64,000 nt of DNA from a virus, in IMG/VR virus record IMGVR_UViG_3300045996_004119, positions 62,111-126,110 of that record; one strand, written 5' to 3'. Positions 8,688-18,587 of this stretch are shown in pieces. How positions within the stretch are numbered: the first letter of the stretch is position 1; every line of letters starts with the position of its first letter. The notes under the pieces are model-generated. The model saw nothing but the letters and a program-made list of their open reading frames with translations. It did not search any database and was not told the DNA's origin. A program made the position numbers and the translations under genes.

Positions 8688-9199
8688 GCGCGGTCTTCGA
8701 GGCGCCCACCGACCAGCTGGAAGCGCTGGCCGATCGGCTTGAAGACGTGGCCAGCGGCGGAGGCCTGAGCGACCTCTACGAGCTCCTGGCCGAAGAGGGC
8801 CGGACGCTCGTCATAGAACGGTTCGAGGCGCAGGCGGACCCGGAAGGTGTGCCGTGGGCGCCGCGCAACCCGGACTTCGGCCGAGGCTCCGGCGGGCAGA
8901 TCCTTCGCGACACGGACCGCTTCCAGAACGGCTTCGTCGCAGAGCCCACGGCAGACGGATTCCGGGTCGGATCGAACTTCATCGGCGCGCGCGTGCTGAC
9001 CGAAGGGGCCACCATCACGCCGAAGCGCGCGCAACGCCTCCGGGTGCCGCTCGCCGCGGGCGGGTTCGCCTTCCTCAAGAGCGTCAAGATCCCGGGCCGC
9101 CGCGTCATTCCAGTGGGCGAGGCGGGCCCGATCTGGGGGCCGCGCCTCACCGAGGTCATCGAGGACTACGGCGCTGAGGTGCTGGGAGGCGGCGCATGA
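8684..9199 (+). CDS. Virion morphogenesis protein (Mu gpG/P2 S-like)
   Basis: GTG overlaps the previous stop; RF..Q.DP.G.PW...ILRDT.R..VGSN...IP.R motifs. Confidence 0.8.
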   Translation: MSAVFEAPTDQLEALADRLEDVASGGGLSDLYELLAEEGRTLVIERFEAQADPEGVPWAPRNPDFGRGSGGQILRDTDRFQNGFVAEPTADGFRVGSNFIGARVLTEGATITPKRAQRLRVPLAAGGFAFLKSVKIPGRRVIPVGEAGPIWGPRLTEVIEDYGAEVLGGGA

Positions 9200-9735
9200 T
9201 CCTCGATACGAGGACGCCGGAGCGCTACCCGCTCGACGACATCATGGCCCGTATCTGGGAGGACCTGGGCGTCATCCCGATCGCGCAGGCCACCAAGGGT
9301 GACGGCTCGGCCACGTGGCACAAGGGCGCTCGGTCCCTGCGCTCGAATGACCGCCGCCCGCCGAGCTACGTCTGGTTCCGCGGCGACATCGACCCAGACG
9401 CAGGGTTCAAGGGCGACTTCGGCCAGTACCAGTCTGTGCACGGGGGCGGAGAAATCGTCTTCGTTCACTCGTGGGGCGGCACGGAAGCCGCGTCGTGGGC
9501 CATGCAGCACAACCTCGTCTCGTCAGCGCGCCGCCTCCTTGGGGCCGACTGCCGATGGCGCGGGAGCCGCTGGTACGAGCCCGACGAGCAGGGGAACGGT
9601 GCCGGGTTCGTGACCACGCTCGTTTTCAGCGTGCCCGTCATCGGCACCAAGCACGCAGTCGCCGTTCCGGAAACCGTGCTCAACACCGCCTTCATCACGA
9701 TCAACGGGACTGATATCCCGGCAACCGGAGCCTGA
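9196..9735 (+). CDS. Putative tail terminator/neck protein
   Basis: Position between gpG-like gene and sheath; size 179 aa; no motif recognised. Confidence 0.55.
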   Translation: MILDTRTPERYPLDDIMARIWEDLGVIPIAQATKGDGSATWHKGARSLRSNDRRPPSYVWFRGDIDPDAGFKGDFGQYQSVHGGGEIVFVHSWGGTEAASWAMQHNLVSSARRLLGADCRWRGSRWYEPDEQGNGAGFVTTLVFSVPVIGTKHAVAVPETVLNTAFITINGTDIPATGA

Positions 9736-9740
9736 CCACA

Positions 9741-10139
9741 ATGGCAGATCGAGAGACTCCCGGGGCGGTCGCCCCGGACGAGGGCGAGCGTGCGCCCGAC
9801 GCTGGAGGCGTGCGCGACTTCACCGGGCGCGCGCGGCCGCCGTCAGCGACAAAGGAGACCCCGGCGAAGACCGGTATCCAGCAGGAGCCGGCGAAGGCGC
9901 CGGACGCTCCACGCAAGAGCTTCGAGGACTGGGCGAAGGCCAGCTTCGCCGTCGCCATCGACGCGCGCGGCCGCGCGTCTGGCGTGGTGAAGGGCAAGCG
10001 CATCGGCAAGGACAGCACCCGGAACGCCGCACTCGTCAACGCCGCGCGCACGCTGCACCGCGTCCCGATCGGCAAGATCGTGACCGAAGACGAGTTCAAC
10101 AAGCTGCTCGACGCCACCAAGGCGATCCAGGTGAGGTGA
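9741..10139 (+). CDS. Hypothetical protein
   Basis: GGAG SD; co-oriented ORF immediately before the sheath. Confidence 0.6.
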   Translation: MADRETPGAVAPDEGERAPDAGGVRDFTGRARPPSATKETPAKTGIQQEPAKAPDAPRKSFEDWAKASFAVAIDARGRASGVVKGKRIGKDSTRNAALVNAARTLHRVPIGKIVTEDEFNKLLDATKAIQVR

Positions 10140-10142
10140 CCA

Positions 10143-11900
10143 ATGCCCCTCGGTGACGTACGCACGGAGATCCTGGACGGGGCGCTGGGCCTCTCGCAGC
10201 AGGATTTCTCCGCGATCTCGGCGAAGGTGGGGATGTCCTCCAGCGGGGACTTCAACACCATCAGGCTCTACAGCCGGCCGCGAGACGTGAAGTCTCGGCT
10301 GGGCACCGGCCCACTCGTGGAGTCGGGCGCTTTCCACATCGCGCGTTCGAGCCGCGGCACCTACCTCTGCCGCGTCGACGGCAGCGTGGCTGGCACGACG
10401 AGCGCGGTCACGAAGAGCCGGGCGGAATCCCCCACCATCGTGCTCAGCGGCGCGCCGCTGGACACGTACCAGGGGAGCATTCGCTTCACGCAGGCTGGCA
10501 CCGTCGGCAGCGGCACTGGCACCGGCGCGTTCGCATATTCGGTGGACGGCCTCGACTCGGAGAGCCCGGAGATCGCCATGCCGGCCGGGTCGGTGGACAC
10601 CGCCACGGTGACCGGCTCCGTGGACATGACCACCGCCGGGCTCTACGGAGGCGGCGGGACCCTGAATGGCACGGGCTTCTCCGTGAACGGCGATCAGGTG
10701 ACCTTCTCCTCGCCGGCGAACGCCGCGGCCGTGGTGACCGCCATCAACACGGCGGCCGGCGAGACGATCGCGAGCATCGACGACGACGATCACCTCGTGT
10801 TCACGAGCGGATCGGAGATCGTCCTGGCCGCTGGTTCGCCAAGCGGCGCTCTCGCGCTGCTCGGCCTGACCGCTGGCACGACGCCGACGGTGGCCGGAGC
10901 GGCCACCTACCCACTCGGGGACACCGGGCTCACGGTGACGTTCCCGCAGGGCAGCTACGCGGTGGACGACACCTACACTTTCACCACGGCCGAGCCGAGC
11001 TACACGCTCTCGGACCTCCAGGACGCACTCGACGTGTTCATCGCAAACCACCAAATCCAGTGGTTCTGCCTGCACGTCGTCGGGGCGCCCACGAGCGAGG
11101 CGAACGCGCGCGCGATGGCTGACTTGCTCGACACGTACGCCGCCGACTTCGAGGCGGTGCACCGCTTCATGTTCTTCGTGATGGAGACCGCAGAGGATAG
11201 CGACCCCGACATGCTGGAGGAGGAATTCGCCGACTTCGAGTCCACCCGCGTCGCGGTCGGGTTCCGGCACTGTGAGCTCACCAGCGAGGCCACACGCGAC
11301 CAACTCAAGCGTGTCTTCACCCGCCCCGTGACGTGGCCGATCGTGGCGCGTTGGGCCGCGGTGCCGATCAGCGAGAAGGGCGCATGGGTCGGGCGCGGCT
11401 CGCTGCCAGGCGTCGTGTCCGTCGACCAGGAGACGCTCGACGCTGCCGAGCAGATGAGCGACGCTCGCTTCCTCGCCCTCAGGGAGGTCATCGGCAAGGA
11501 CGGCTACTACCTGGCCGACGACATGACGATGGCTCCGGTCGGCTCCGACTTCAGCCTCGTCCCGTACCGCAGGATCATGGACGTTGCGTGCCGCGTCTCG
11601 CGACAGAAGCTACTCAACTACCTGCACGCGCGCATCCTGGTCCACGAGGACACGGGCTACATCGTCGAGTCCGTCGCGAAGGCGATCGAGGATGACGTAA
11701 ACGTGGCGCTCGAGGCGGAGCTCGTGAACCCGCGCCCGCAGCAGCACGCGACGTCGGCGCGGATGGTGCTGACGCGCGACAACGACATCCTGAGCACGCA
11801 GGAGTTGCTCGCGGAGACGCGCATCGTTCCGCCCGGGTACGCGAAGGACATCGTGCACACCATCGGCTTCATCAACCCGACCGTGACTACGGCGGTCTGA
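10143..11900 (+). CDS. Contractile tail sheath protein (DUF2586-like)
   Basis: 585 aa; MPLGDV..ILDGALG start, LGTGPLVE, VVGA, V.RG.L.GV, R..IGKDGYY..D..T.AP.GSDF..V.YRRIMD.ACR; followed by a tube-sized gene. Confidence 0.85.
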   Translation: MPLGDVRTEILDGALGLSQQDFSAISAKVGMSSSGDFNTIRLYSRPRDVKSRLGTGPLVESGAFHIARSSRGTYLCRVDGSVAGTTSAVTKSRAESPTIVLSGAPLDTYQGSIRFTQAGTVGSGTGTGAFAYSVDGLDSESPEIAMPAGSVDTATVTGSVDMTTAGLYGGGGTLNGTGFSVNGDQVTFSSPANAAAVVTAINTAAGETIASIDDDDHLVFTSGSEIVLAAGSPSGALALLGLTAGTTPTVAGAATYPLGDTGLTVTFPQGSYAVDDTYTFTTAEPSYTLSDLQDALDVFIANHQIQWFCLHVVGAPTSEANARAMADLLDTYAADFEAVHRFMFFVMETAEDSDPDMLEEEFADFESTRVAVGFRHCELTSEATRDQLKRVFTRPVTWPIVARWAAVPISEKGAWVGRGSLPGVVSVDQETLDAAEQMSDARFLALREVIGKDGYYLADDMTMAPVGSDFSLVPYRRIMDVACRVSRQKLLNYLHARILVHEDTGYIVESVAKAIEDDVNVALEAELVNPRPQQHATSARMVLTRDNDILSTQELLAETRIVPPGYAKDIVHTIGFINPTVTTAV

Positions 11901-11907
11901 GGGCACC

Positions 11908-12378
11908 ATGTCAGAGCTCGAATACCCGACGATCAACGGGCACGCCGCGTCGTGGGCCAGCATCGGCCTCCAGCTCAGCGGTGCCAACATGAACGGCTCC
12001 CAGGCGCTGCGCGGCTTCAGGGCGATCAACTACAAGACCACGGTGGAGCGCACCCCGGTTTACGGCGCGGGCCGCGAGATCATCGCCTACACCGAGGGCA
12101 CCGTGGCCCACGAGGCCAGCGTGACGTGGATCTACGAGACCTACGACCACCTGGTACAGACGCTCGGCGAGGGCTTCATGGACAAGGGGCTCGTGCTCTC
12201 CGTGTCCTTCAAGCTCGGCACCAACGTGGTCAGGAACGTGCAGATCACGGCGAAGGGGATGAAGGAATCCGGCGGCGACTTCTCGCAGGGGACCGATGGC
12301 CTCGAGATCCCAAGCCCGCTCGATGTCCTGCGCATCCTCTACGACGGCAAGAACCCCACTACCACGACCGTACTCTGA
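11908..12378 (+). CDS. Tail tube protein
   Basis: 156 aa directly after the sheath; INGH..SW.SI, I.Y......PVYGAGR pattern. Confidence 0.8.
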   Translation: MSELEYPTINGHAASWASIGLQLSGANMNGSQALRGFRAINYKTTVERTPVYGAGREIIAYTEGTVAHEASVTWIYETYDHLVQTLGEGFMDKGLVLSVSFKLGTNVVRNVQITAKGMKESGGDFSQGTDGLEIPSPLDVLRILYDGKNPTTTTVL

Positions 12379-12393
12379 GGCAGAAGAGCGAAC

Positions 12394-12723
12394 ATGGCTG
12401 AGATCGAATTCAAGCTGACTGACGAGCAGAAGAAGAAGAAGGCGGAGCTCGAGGCGAAGCACGGCGTCGAGTGCTACCTGATCCGCGGCGCCGGCGTGGA
12501 CGCCTGGTACAAAGAGCCGACGATCGGGGACGTCGAACTCTTCATGACCGACAACGGGGATCCGAAGAGTCGGGGCCGCGCGCTGATCGACCTCCTGCGG
12601 CGCAACCTGGCGGATGGCACCACCGAGACGGTGTTCGGGAAGCGCGCTGGCGCCATCGTCTCGCATGCGGGTAAGTACGCCGACGTGGTCGGCATCTCGA
12701 CAGACGCCATCCTGGGAAAATAA
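12394..12723 (+). CDS. Tail assembly chaperone (gpG-like)
   Basis: Lies between tube and tape measure genes; ends in slippery GGGAAAA immediately before TAA. Confidence 0.8.
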   Translation: MAEIEFKLTDEQKKKKAELEAKHGVECYLIRGAGVDAWYKEPTIGDVELFMTDNGDPKSRGRALIDLLRRNLADGTTETVFGKRAGAIVSHAGKYADVVGISTDAILGK

Positions 12724-12899
12724 AGCGCGCACGCGCCGGCGCGAAGAAGACGCCGTATCTCGCAGCGCGGCAGCTGCTCGCGGCGCGCGGCGTGGACCCG
12801 TCCGTCATGGCGCTCGCTGGAGCCTGGGACGAGGTGGAGCACCGCCGCAAGGTCGACGCCCTCATCGAGGGTATCTGCTCGGCCGGGAAGAAGAAGTAG
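12714..12899 (+). other. Programmed -1 frameshift site (G GGA AAA) and gpT-like extension
   Basis: Heptamer at 12714-12720. The -1 frame reads IKRARAGAKKTPYLAARQLL...AGKKK-TAG (stop 12897-12899), ending 1 nt before the tape-measure ATG, and has no start codon near its beginning (first ATG at 12807). Confidence 0.85.
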
Positions 12900-15236
12900 A
12901 TGGCGAACGTCGTCGAGTGGCAGCTGAAGGTCAGCCAGGCCGGCGCGAATCAGGCGGCCCAGGCGATCGACAAGATCGCTGCGGCGGCCGGCGGCGCCGT
13001 TGGTGATGTGGGCAAGCTCGGCGACGCCACGGAGAGGGCAGCCGACGCTGCCATCAAGGCCGCGGGCGCCTACCGCGATGCCGGCGGGCGACTGCGCGAG
13101 GCCAACGGCAGGTTCGTCAAGGGCGGCGTCGAGGGCCTGTTGGCGGCGCAGGCAGCGGCCGCGAAGCTCGCTGATACGGTCGATGGCGCTCAGCGAGTAG
13201 GCCCGGTGCTCGGTGATGGCGACATCCCGAAGCCGGCCATGGTCCGCAGCCTGTCGAGCGAATTCGACAAGTTGCAAGCGTCCCTTGGCGGCGCGAACGC
13301 GAACGCGGTCCTGTGGGCGCAGTCGATCAAGCGCGGCGCCGACAACCTGAAGGCGATCCGCGCTGCGTCGCGCGCGTCGGCTGGAGCGACCGACGCGGAG
13401 AAGATGATCGGCGGCGCCACACCCGCGCACCTGAAGCAGGCGCAGGACCTGTCGCTCACTCAGCGTGCGGTCCGGCGCGTTCTGCAGGAACTGAACGCCT
13501 CGACCGGGGGCGCAGCGTTCCGCGGCATCGCGCGGGTGTCGGACGGGTTCGACAAGCTGAGGCCCGCGATGGGGCTTGTGCGCGACGTCGGCAGCGACCT
13601 CGCACCCGTGTTCGGCAAGATCGGCGGCGCTGCGAGTTCGGTCCTGGGTATCCTGGGGCCGCTGACGGCTGCGGCGCTAGCCGCCGGTGGGGCCTTCGCC
13701 GCCATGACCGCCGGCGCTGCGTTTGGAGGCGCCAAGCTCGTCTCCTCCGTCGTAAAGGCTCAGGCTCAGCGCGAAGACCTCACGCGAGGCCTCTCGATTC
13801 AGCTGAAGTCGTCTGCTGCCGGCTGGGACACCCTCCAGAGAGCGGCTCGCACTGCCGACATGATTGGCGAGTCCAGGGTCGAGACCGCGGGGCAGTTCAA
13901 CGACCTGCTCGCCAAGGGGTTCACGGTAGACCGCGTCGACGAACTCGTCAGGCGCATGGCCGACATGAAGGTCGTGGACCCGAAGGCCGACATGGCCGGT
14001 ATCACCCGCGCTATTGGGCAGATCGCTGGCACGGGCCGCCTCCAGGGCGATGAGCTGAACCAGCTGGCAGAGAACGGGCTGGAGACGGGCGCCGTCTACG
14101 ACGCGCTGGCGAAGCGCCTCGGCAAGACGCGCGCGGAGATCATCAAGCTCAAGGAGGCCGGCAAGATCGATAGCGACACGGCAATCCAAGGCATCATGGA
14201 TGCCATCGCCACCCAAACCGGTGGCAAGGCGGCCGGCGTCGTGGCGGGCGAAGCGTCAAAGGGTCTTTCGGGCACGATGAAGCGCCTGGAGAACTTCTGG
14301 GAGAACCTGACGTTCTCCATGGACGCGCGCGAAGGACTTGGCGCAGTGCGCACGTCCTTGGGTGCGATCAACGACCTGCTCGACCTCAACACCGAAAGCG
14401 GTGCGAAGTTCGCCACGGCCATCGAAGGGACGTTCAACGCTCTCGCCGCTGGGTTCGTCGAAGGGTTCGGCGGCAAGGCCGCAGATGGCCCGGAAGCGCT
14501 CCGACAGAACATCCAGAAGGTGCTGGACGGCATCATCGCCGCGAAGCCCGATATCAAGGAATTCGCCGCGGCACTCGGTAAGGCGGCGGACGCCGGCGTG
14601 AGGCTCGCTGGTGCCTTTGGCGAGTCAGGCGCCATCGGCAAGGCGTTCAAGGTGATGGGGGTCGGCGTCAACGCAGGGCTCCTCGCCGGAGAGACCGTCT
14701 CGAACCAGGCGACGACGATTGGTAACGTCGGGAGGGTGCTTGAGGGCAAGCCCCCCGAGGCTCTAGCCTCCGAGCAGCGGTCGGCGTACACGCCAGTCGG
14801 GGCGGCCATTGTGGACGGCATCGTCACTGGGATCTTCGGCAACTCATATCAGCTCCTCCAGGCGATGACGAGCCTGACGAACATCGGGATCGACGCGTTC
14901 ACCACGCAAAACAAGATCCATTCGCCGTCCAAGCTGTACGAGGAACTTGGCGGCTACCTGCCGATGGGGTTGGAGCGCGGCATCGTCGCGAACAGCAACG
15001 GCATCTTCGACGCAATGCTCGCCGCACCAGACCTTCAGCCGCCGGACCTCGGCGCCATCACCGGCGGAGCCGCGGCTGCGATCGGGCTCGTCGGCGGGCG
15101 CGGCGCCATCTCTGTCGGCGACATCTACGTGGACGCGCGCGGCGCTCAGGAGCCGGAGCGGGTCGCGGAGCTCGTGCGTGAGGAGTTGCTCAGGACCATG
15201 GAGAGCATGGGCCTGGCCACGGGAGCGGCAGCCTGA
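12900..15236 (+). CDS. Tape measure protein
   Basis: 778 aa, Ala/Gly-rich and helical; tape-measure domain motif GRLQGDELNQLAENG; IHSPSK near the C-terminus. Confidence 0.9.
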   Translation: MANVVEWQLKVSQAGANQAAQAIDKIAAAAGGAVGDVGKLGDATERAADAAIKAAGAYRDAGGRLREANGRFVKGGVEGLLAAQAAAAKLADTVDGAQRVGPVLGDGDIPKPAMVRSLSSEFDKLQASLGGANANAVLWAQSIKRGADNLKAIRAASRASAGATDAEKMIGGATPAHLKQAQDLSLTQRAVRRVLQELNASTGGAAFRGIARVSDGFDKLRPAMGLVRDVGSDLAPVFGKIGGAASSVLGILGPLTAAALAAGGAFAAMTAGAAFGGAKLVSSVVKAQAQREDLTRGLSIQLKSSAAGWDTLQRAARTADMIGESRVETAGQFNDLLAKGFTVDRVDELVRRMADMKVVDPKADMAGITRAIGQIAGTGRLQGDELNQLAENGLETGAVYDALAKRLGKTRAEIIKLKEAGKIDSDTAIQGIMDAIATQTGGKAAGVVAGEASKGLSGTMKRLENFWENLTFSMDAREGLGAVRTSLGAINDLLDLNTESGAKFATAIEGTFNALAAGFVEGFGGKAADGPEALRQNIQKVLDGIIAAKPDIKEFAAALGKAADAGVRLAGAFGESGAIGKAFKVMGVGVNAGLLAGETVSNQATTIGNVGRVLEGKPPEALASEQRSAYTPVGAAIVDGIVTGIFGNSYQLLQAMTSLTNIGIDAFTTQNKIHSPSKLYEELGGYLPMGLERGIVANSNGIFDAMLAAPDLQPPDLGAITGGAAAAIGLVGGRGAISVGDIYVDARGAQEPERVAELVREELLRTMESMGLATGAAA

Positions 15237-15838
15237 TGGCGACCATCCCTTGGCCGGAGACCCAGCCTGGCGCCTGGGACGTGCTGTTCCTTGCGGGGCG
15301 CGTGTTCCCTGGTCTCGCCAAGATCAAGGTGAAGGGCGGCCAGAAAATCGACCGCAAAGACGCGCCGGGCTCCGACGGGGAGACGACGGTGCAGCAGGGC
15401 GAGAAGGCGAAGGACGTCGACATCGTCCACCGGATGTGGACGCAGAAGCAGTGGGACGAGTTCGAGTCGTGCTTCCTGCTCATCGAGCCCATCAGCGAGA
15501 AGCGGCGCCCGGTCGACATCGTGACCAGCCAGACGGCGTTCAGGCTGATCACCTCGGTTATCGTCGAGGAGATCGATGGCCCCGAATGGGCGGAGGACAA
15601 GCGGTGGATGGAGTTCCGGTACAAGTGCATCGAGCACAAGCCGCCTCCGCCGAAGAACACGACTAAAAAGAACGTGGCTTCGCTCTCGACGCCGAACGCT
15701 GGGAACATGAACGACCGCATCGACCTTGGTTCGGGCGGCGGAAGGATCGGCATTTACGACGCGGCGCAGGCGAGCGTGACGACGGCGGTCTATCGCTCGA
15801 TGCTCGGCTTCCCGCGCTCCGGCCTGCCGAGCGGCTGA
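15236..15838 (+). CDS. Tail tube initiator/baseplate-proximal protein
   Basis: Directly follows the tape measure gene; LAG.VFPG..K.K...KID.K.APG.DG pattern. Confidence 0.6.
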   Translation: MATIPWPETQPGAWDVLFLAGRVFPGLAKIKVKGGQKIDRKDAPGSDGETTVQQGEKAKDVDIVHRMWTQKQWDEFESCFLLIEPISEKRRPVDIVTSQTAFRLITSVIVEEIDGPEWAEDKRWMEFRYKCIEHKPPPPKNTTKKNVASLSTPNAGNMNDRIDLGSGGGRIGIYDAAQASVTTAVYRSMLGFPRSGLPSG

Positions 15839-17049
15839 TGCTCGTCTCCTGCAACGGTATCCGCGTCAACAGCGGCGAGATCGTGATGCCCCGCGTGGGC
15901 ACGTGGATCGCCGACATGGCGATCGACGGCGCGCCTCCCACGGGCGCATGCACGATCAGCGTGAACGACGGCGCGGTCGTGTTCCGCGGGACCGTGGTGC
16001 GCCCGAGTTCGTTCCGTGAGCGGCATTCGGTCCTCGTGGTCGGCGGCGCCGGCGGGCTCTCGAGCTACATCCCGCACACCCACCACCGCGCGGTGCCCGT
16101 GGAGACGCCGGTCAAGGCCATCCTCTCCGCCGCTGGAGAGACGCTCTCGTCGACGTCCGACGCGGCCACGTTGCGCAAGCGCCTGGACGCTTGGAGCCGC
16201 AGGGCAGGCACGGCCGGCGACGCGCTGACGACCCTGCTCGACGACGTGGGGGCCGCATGGCGCGTCCTGGACGACGGCACGGTCTGGGTCGGGGCCGAGA
16301 CGTGGCCGGCGGTCACGGTGGCCATGCAGGTCACTGGCGACGGCGGCTCGATGGACTCCGCCGAGGTTGCCACCGATCTGCCAGTGCTCCGGCCGGGGAC
16401 GACCGTGGGCGGCCGCAAGGTCTCCACCGTCATCCACCGCTTCGACCCGTCGCGGGTCCGCACCAGGTTGCTCTACGAGCGCGGGACCATGGACCGCCTC
16501 CGCGGGGCCTTCTTCGGCCTCGCGCGACAGGCGCTCGCCGCGGTCGACTACCACCCGTCCTACGCGGCCACGGTCGTCCAGCAGCAGGGCAACGGGGATC
16601 TCGTGGTCCGGGTCGACGACGAGCGCTTCCAGCGCGGGTCGGACGGCACGGGCATCGCCGGGGTCAAAGCGTGGCCCGGCGTGCCCGGGATCAGCTACCT
16701 CGTGCGGCGCGGCACCCGCGTGCTCGTGGGCTTCCTCGACGGGCGCGGCGAGGTGCCGATCGTGACCGGCTGGCGCAGCGAGACACCGGAGCGGGTCACG
16801 CTCGAGGCCGACCGGATCAACCTCGGTGAGAACGCAACGCGCGGCGTGGCCCGGCTCAACGACACGGCGAACGCTGGCGCGATCTCCGCGACGCAGGTTG
16901 CGACCAACGTTGTCGCCATCACCTACGCCCCGCCGAGCGGTGCCCCGGTGGTCATCACCCTGGGCGCGCCCGGCCTGACCGTGACGCCGGCGAACGGCGC
17001 CATGACGGCCGTTATCAACTCCTCATCTTCCAAGGCCTTCGCGGAGTAG
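15838..17049 (+). CDS. Baseplate hub fused to gpV-like spike OB-fold
   Basis: N-terminal hub-like part; C-terminal Y.ATVVQQ...VRRGTRVLVGFLDGRGEVPIV is the gpV/VgrG OB-fold pattern. Confidence 0.7.
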   Translation: MLVSCNGIRVNSGEIVMPRVGTWIADMAIDGAPPTGACTISVNDGAVVFRGTVVRPSSFRERHSVLVVGGAGGLSSYIPHTHHRAVPVETPVKAILSAAGETLSSTSDAATLRKRLDAWSRRAGTAGDALTTLLDDVGAAWRVLDDGTVWVGAETWPAVTVAMQVTGDGGSMDSAEVATDLPVLRPGTTVGGRKVSTVIHRFDPSRVRTRLLYERGTMDRLRGAFFGLARQALAAVDYHPSYAATVVQQQGNGDLVVRVDDERFQRGSDGTGIAGVKAWPGVPGISYLVRRGTRVLVGFLDGRGEVPIVTGWRSETPERVTLEADRINLGENATRGVARLNDTANAGAISATQVATNVVAITYAPPSGAPVVITLGAPGLTVTPANGAMTAVINSSSSKAFAE

Positions 17050-17052
17050 AGC

Positions 17053-17466
17053 ATGGCTGACGAAGACCTCGACATCCGCATGTTCGTGAACGGCGAAGGG
17101 CCACCGGACCTGGACCCGTACTTCAACGAGATCGAGGGCGCGGAAGCCATCGCGCAGTCCGTGGCGCTCCGCTGCTATACGCCCAAGGGCTACGCCGTCG
17201 GGCACAACATCGACGCCCCGAACGACGGCGTTTTCCTCCCGGACTTCGTGCAGTCTGCGATGACGAAGCAAACCATGTTCACGGTCAAGACCCTGGTCAA
17301 CGGCGAGACACGCAAGGATGATCGGGTGGAGACCGCGCGCGTCGAGGTCACCGGCGACGCCGCATCGCAGACCATGACGATCGCTGTCTCTGGAGAGGGC
17401 ATCTCGGAAGACTTCGAATTCGCCCTGTCCGTCGACGCCGATGGCGTGGCGCTCACGAGTACCTAA
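17053..17466 (+). CDS. Baseplate wedge protein (gp25/gp46-like)
   Basis: IEGAEAIAQSVALRC.TP.G ... KDDRVE motifs; position before a J-like gene. Confidence 0.75.
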   Translation: MADEDLDIRMFVNGEGPPDLDPYFNEIEGAEAIAQSVALRCYTPKGYAVGHNIDAPNDGVFLPDFVQSAMTKQTMFTVKTLVNGETRKDDRVETARVEVTGDAASQTMTIAVSGEGISEDFEFALSVDADGVALTST

Positions 17467-18587
17467 TGCCGGTCACATTCGCGCAACTCCTGACGCCGGT
17501 CACCGAGGCCGAGGCGGAGCAGCTGATCCTGGCCTTGCTCGAGGCGGTCGGCTTCCCGGCCCAGGTCTGGAAGAAGTTCCGCGTCCCGCGCACGTTCGTC
17601 CGGCTGTTCGCCCAGCTGTACGCCGACTCGCGCACGGGCCTGACGAACGTCACCAAGAGCCGCCTGCTCGGGTACGCGACGGGCGACGCACTGACCTACC
17701 TCGCGCACCACTGGTTCGACGAGGAGCGCGACCCCGCGGTTGCCACCGAGGGGGTGTTTCTGCTGACGGACGACGGGGGCGCCCCGTACGATATCGAGCC
17801 TGGCCAGCTCGTCGTGCGCGTCGCGGCCAACCCGTCGCTCCGGTACACGAACACCGGGAGCGGCCGACTGGAGATCGACGGCTCGCTCTCGCTCGCATTC
17901 AAGGCTGAGCAGACGGGGGCCGACCACAATATCCAGCCGGGCACGGGCCTGGAGTTCGAGGAGGCGCTCGAGGGCGTCCTCGTGAGCGCCGAAGCGGACC
18001 CGGGCACGGGGACGTGGATCACCACCGCTGGCGCGGACGAGCAGAGCGACGAAAGCCTAGTCCAGGCGTGCCGGGCGAAATGGGCGACGCTCGGCGCGGG
18101 CACCGAGAACTCCTACCGCGCATGGGCGCTTGAGGGCGCGCCGACCGCCACCAAGATCCAGGTCTACGGCGACGAACTCTCTCCGCCTGGCGAGGTTCGC
18201 GTGATCCTGGCCACCGACGTTGGGGCCGCTACGAACGACGAGGTAGATGCCGCTGATGCGGTCATTCAGGCGAAGCGTCCAATCGGGCTTCGAGCGGTGT
18301 CCACGTCCGCGGCGTCCCCCGACGTGGTCACCATCGATGCGACGGTGAACACCTACCTCACCGAGGAAGCCTACATGGCAGCGCTCGTTGCCAACGCGAC
18401 CGCGCTCCAGCGGGAGCTCCAGATCGGTGAAATCCTCTACCTTTCGCGCATCAGCGCGCTCCTGCACTCCCCTGGCGACGTGCGCAACGTGACCATCACA
18501 AATCCGCCGACGACTCCGGGCGGCATCGCCGAGCAGATCACCGTGATCGAGTTGGGCACGATCGTCGTCAACACGCTGGTGCGCTGA
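17466..18587 (+). CDS. Baseplate J-like protein (gp47)
   Basis: ATGDAL, GADEQSDESL, GT..SY..WAL, PGEVRVIL, IGE.LYLSRI motifs. Confidence 0.85.
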   Translation: MPVTFAQLLTPVTEAEAEQLILALLEAVGFPAQVWKKFRVPRTFVRLFAQLYADSRTGLTNVTKSRLLGYATGDALTYLAHHWFDEERDPAVATEGVFLLTDDGGAPYDIEPGQLVVRVAANPSLRYTNTGSGRLEIDGSLSLAFKAEQTGADHNIQPGTGLEFEEALEGVLVSAEADPGTGTWITTAGADEQSDESLVQACRAKWATLGAGTENSYRAWALEGAPTATKIQVYGDELSPPGEVRVILATDVGAATNDEVDAADAVIQAKRPIGLRAVSTSAASPDVVTIDATVNTYLTEEAYMAALVANATALQRELQIGEILYLSRISALLHSPGDVRNVTITNPPTTPGGIAEQITVIELGTIVVNTLVR

